Assembly (NCBI GenBank): GCA_965204735.1
Contig: OZ242008.1
Location: 3,232,001 to 3,296,000 of the forward strand
DNA length: 64,000 bases
Source: Longimicrobiales bacterium
GTDB lineage: Bacteria; Gemmatimonadota; Gemmatimonadetes; Longimicrobiales; Gaopeijiaceae
Direction of reading: 5' to 3'
Shown: positions 61,932-64,000 of the stretch, piece by piece
Layout: each line of letters opens with the position of its first letter
Numbering within the stretch: the stretch's first letter is position 1
The notes under the pieces: generated by a model
What the model saw: only the letters and a program-made list of their open reading frames with translations
Database searches by the model: none
What the model was told of the DNA's origin: nothing
Made by a program: the position numbers and the translations under genes

Positions 61932-63365
61932 ATGCGCGCCCGTTCACACGCGAATGTCCGGTGGTCCCTTGGCCTTCCGCTCCTCGGGGCGGTCCTGGCG
62001 CCCGCCGGCGCACTCTGGCCCTCGACCGGCGCAGAGGCGGCTCAGCAAACGGATCAAGTCATCCCCGGCGTCGAGCTGGGACTCGTCTACGAGACGACCT
62101 ACGTCCCGCCGATCGCGGTGCTGCCCTTCCGCGCCGTCCAAGGCCGCGCGCGCCAAGCCGAGGCCGTCCACGGCATCGTGGCGGGAGACCTGCGCTTCAG
62201 CGACCGCTTCGAGGTGGTCGACTCCCTGCCGGCGCTCTCGGGCGAGGGCGTCGACTACGGTCTCTGGGACGGCCTGGGCGCCGACTGGGTGCTGACCGGC
62301 GTCCTCGAGCGGACGGGGACCGGCGGTTCCGTCCTGGAGATCGAGCTCCACGACATCGTCTTCGCCAGCCTGCGCGAGCGCGCCCGCTTTTCGCTTCCCC
62401 CCGCCGGCGACCCGGACTACCGCTTGGCGGTGCATCGGGCGTCGGACGCGGTGGTGAGTTGGGTCACGGGCGAGCTCGGGATCGCCGCGAGCCGGATCGT
62501 CTTCGCCATGCGGCCTTGGGGCGACCCGGAGGGCGGCAGCAAGGAGCTGTACTCCGTCGACTCCGACGGGGAGAACCTGCAGCGGCTGACGTGGGACGAG
62601 AGCATCGTCGTCTCGCCCACGTGGTCGCCGACGGGGGACCGGATCGCCTACACGTCGTACAAGTCGGGCATCCCCAGGATCTACGAACGGGAGACGGCGA
62701 GCGGCACGGACCGCCCGCTCGAAACGGGACAAGAGGGCCAGCAGATCACGCCCGCCTACCACCCCGACGGCCGCACCATCACCTTCGCCGTCCTGAACGG
62801 CCGGCGGAGCGATCTCCACAGCTACGACGTCCGCCGCGGCTGCTGCTTGTCCGAGCGCCTCAGCAGCGGCTACTACAAGAATCTGCAGCCCACGTACTCG
62901 CAGAGCGGGGACCGGATCGCCTTCACCTCGAACCGGCTGGGCACGCCCACCCCCCAGGTCTACGTCATGTCCGCCGAAGGGGGAGACGCCGAGCTGATCT
63001 CGCCCTACCGCTACGGCGAGCGGAGCTACTTCACCGACCCGGACTGGTCCCCCCTCTCGAGCAAGGTCGCCTTCGCGGGCCGGGTGGACACGGGGCGGAC
63101 CCGCGTCGGCGGCGTCATGCGCTACCAGATCCTGGTCGCCGACCTGGACGCGGGCGCCAACCGCCTCGTCCAGCTGACCCGCGAAGGGAACAACGAAGAC
63201 CCGAGCTGGGGTCCCAACGGACGCCACATCGTCTTCACGGGGGAGCGGCGCAGCGGCCACGGCGTCTTCGTCGTGGACACGGGGACCGGTCGGACCCGCA
63301 CCTTGGTCGCCGGGGTCCGAGCCGAGGACGTGGACTGGTCGCCCCTGCTGTTGCAGCCTCGTTAG
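61932..63365 (+). CDS. tolB: Tol-Pal beta-propeller protein TolB
   Basis: PIAVLPF N-domain; PD40-like repeats (SPTWSPTG, PAYHPDG, PDWSP, PSWGPNG). Confidence 0.9.
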   Translation: MRARSHANVRWSLGLPLLGAVLAPAGALWPSTGAEAAQQTDQVIPGVELGLVYETTYVPPIAVLPFRAVQGRARQAEAVHGIVAGDLRFSDRFEVVDSLPALSGEGVDYGLWDGLGADWVLTGVLERTGTGGSVLEIELHDIVFASLRERARFSLPPAGDPDYRLAVHRASDAVVSWVTGELGIAASRIVFAMRPWGDPEGGSKELYSVDSDGENLQRLTWDESIVVSPTWSPTGDRIAYTSYKSGIPRIYERETASGTDRPLETGQEGQQITPAYHPDGRTITFAVLNGRRSDLHSYDVRRGCCLSERLSSGYYKNLQPTYSQSGDRIAFTSNRLGTPTPQVYVMSAEGGDAELISPYRYGERSYFTDPDWSPLSSKVAFAGRVDTGRTRVGGVMRYQILVADLDAGANRLVQLTREGNNEDPSWGPNGRHIVFTGERRSGHGVFVVDTGTGRTRTLVAGVRAEDVDWSPLLLQPR

Positions 63366-63387
63366 TCTTGCGACCGTTCCGCCGTTA

Positions 63388-63402
63388 GCCTATATACTAT
63401 TG
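63388..63402 (+). promoter_or_regulatory. Candidate -10 element for pal
   Basis: AT-rich tatatactatt containing TATACT, about 47 nt upstream of the pal ATG. Confidence 0.4.
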
Positions 63403-63444
63403 CGTCGCTCTTCCGCCTCGTGACCCTCATCGACTGGAGAAGGG

Positions 63445-64000
63445 ATGTACAAGACCCGCCTGCTCCTCCTCGCCCCCGCCATGGCCCTTGCTGTGGCCTG
63501 CGCCGGCAACGAACCGGCACCCCCGCCCGCGCCCACCGGACCCACGGCCGAGGAGCTGGAACAACGTAGACTGGACTCCATCGCCCGGGCCGAGGCCGCG
63601 GCCGAGGCCGCCGAGCGAGCCGAGCGGGAGCGGATGGAACGAGAGGCCGCCCGTCTCGCGGAGGCCCGTCGCCAGACCCTCCTCGCAGTCGTCTACTTCG
63701 ACTACGACGAGTCCGCGATCCGGTCGGAGGAACTCGACAAGCTGCGCGACAAGGCGGAGATCCTGCGAAGCAACCCGGACGTCGAGCTTCGCATGGAGGG
63801 CCACGCGGACGAGCGGGGAACGTCCGAGTACAACATCGCCCTGGGCAACGAGCGCGCCGAAGCGGTCATCCAGGCGTTGAGCGGCTTCGGCTTGGCCGCG
63901 GACCGCTTCTCGTCCGTGTCGTACGGGGAAGAGCGTCCGGCGGCCCAGGGCTCCACCGAGTCGGCGTGGGCTCGCAACCGGCGCGTGGAGTTCGTCCTCA
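63445..64000 (+). CDS. pal: Peptidoglycan-associated lipoprotein (runs off the window end)
   Basis: Manual translation: LAVAC lipobox, VYFDYD, EGHADERGTSEYNIALGNERA, SYGEERP, NRRVEF. Confidence 0.93.
   Translation, partial: MYKTRLLLLAPAMALAVACAGNEPAPPPAPTGPTAEELEQRRLDSIARAEAAAEAAERAERERMEREAARLAEARRQTLLAVVYFDYDESAIRSEELDKLRDKAEILRSNPDVELRMEGHADERGTSEYNIALGNERAEAVIQALSGFGLAADRFSSVSYGEERPAAQGSTESAWARNRRVEFVL

Overview
A very GC-rich, gene-dense bacterial chromosomal window. Gene content and style (VPS10/BNR-repeat protein, small plug-like lipoprotein, Tat-exported enzyme) suggest Gemmatimonadota, but this is an inference. Left part (1-22 kb): partial gyrA, a GT2, uvrA, a HisC-like aminotransferase, an ABC exporter, an outer-membrane/lipoprotein cluster, a VPS10-repeat protein, a DEDDh exonuclease, a solitary fused nuclease/N6-methyltransferase (Type IIG-like), a TPR protein and a Tat-signal PatB/MalY enzyme. 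Middle and right: relA-uvrB-tsaE-tsaB-rimI run directly into a ~29 kb Wzx/Wzy-type surface-polysaccharide locus. That locus holds neuB, a 2-hydroxyacid dehydrogenase, neuC, neuA, a D-glucuronyl C5-epimerase, three AsnB-type amidotransferases, an HTTM membrane protein, GTs, wzy, wzc, wza, a NeuD-like acetyltransferase, a WecA fusion and a MurJ-like flippase. Two small orphan ORFs, a GalE-like gene and tolQ-tolR-tolA-tolB-pal (partial) follow. No rRNA, tRNA, transposase, integrase or cas gene was recognised. The most unusual signal is not a gene. Many unrelated loci carry local, mostly in-frame duplications whose periods cluster at 72, 36 and 18 nt, two of them shaped as 36-nt repeat/36-nt spacer/36-nt repeat. 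Several operon junctions are also bridged by tiny ORFs that overlap both neighbours. All calls come from reading motifs by eye; no database searches were run.
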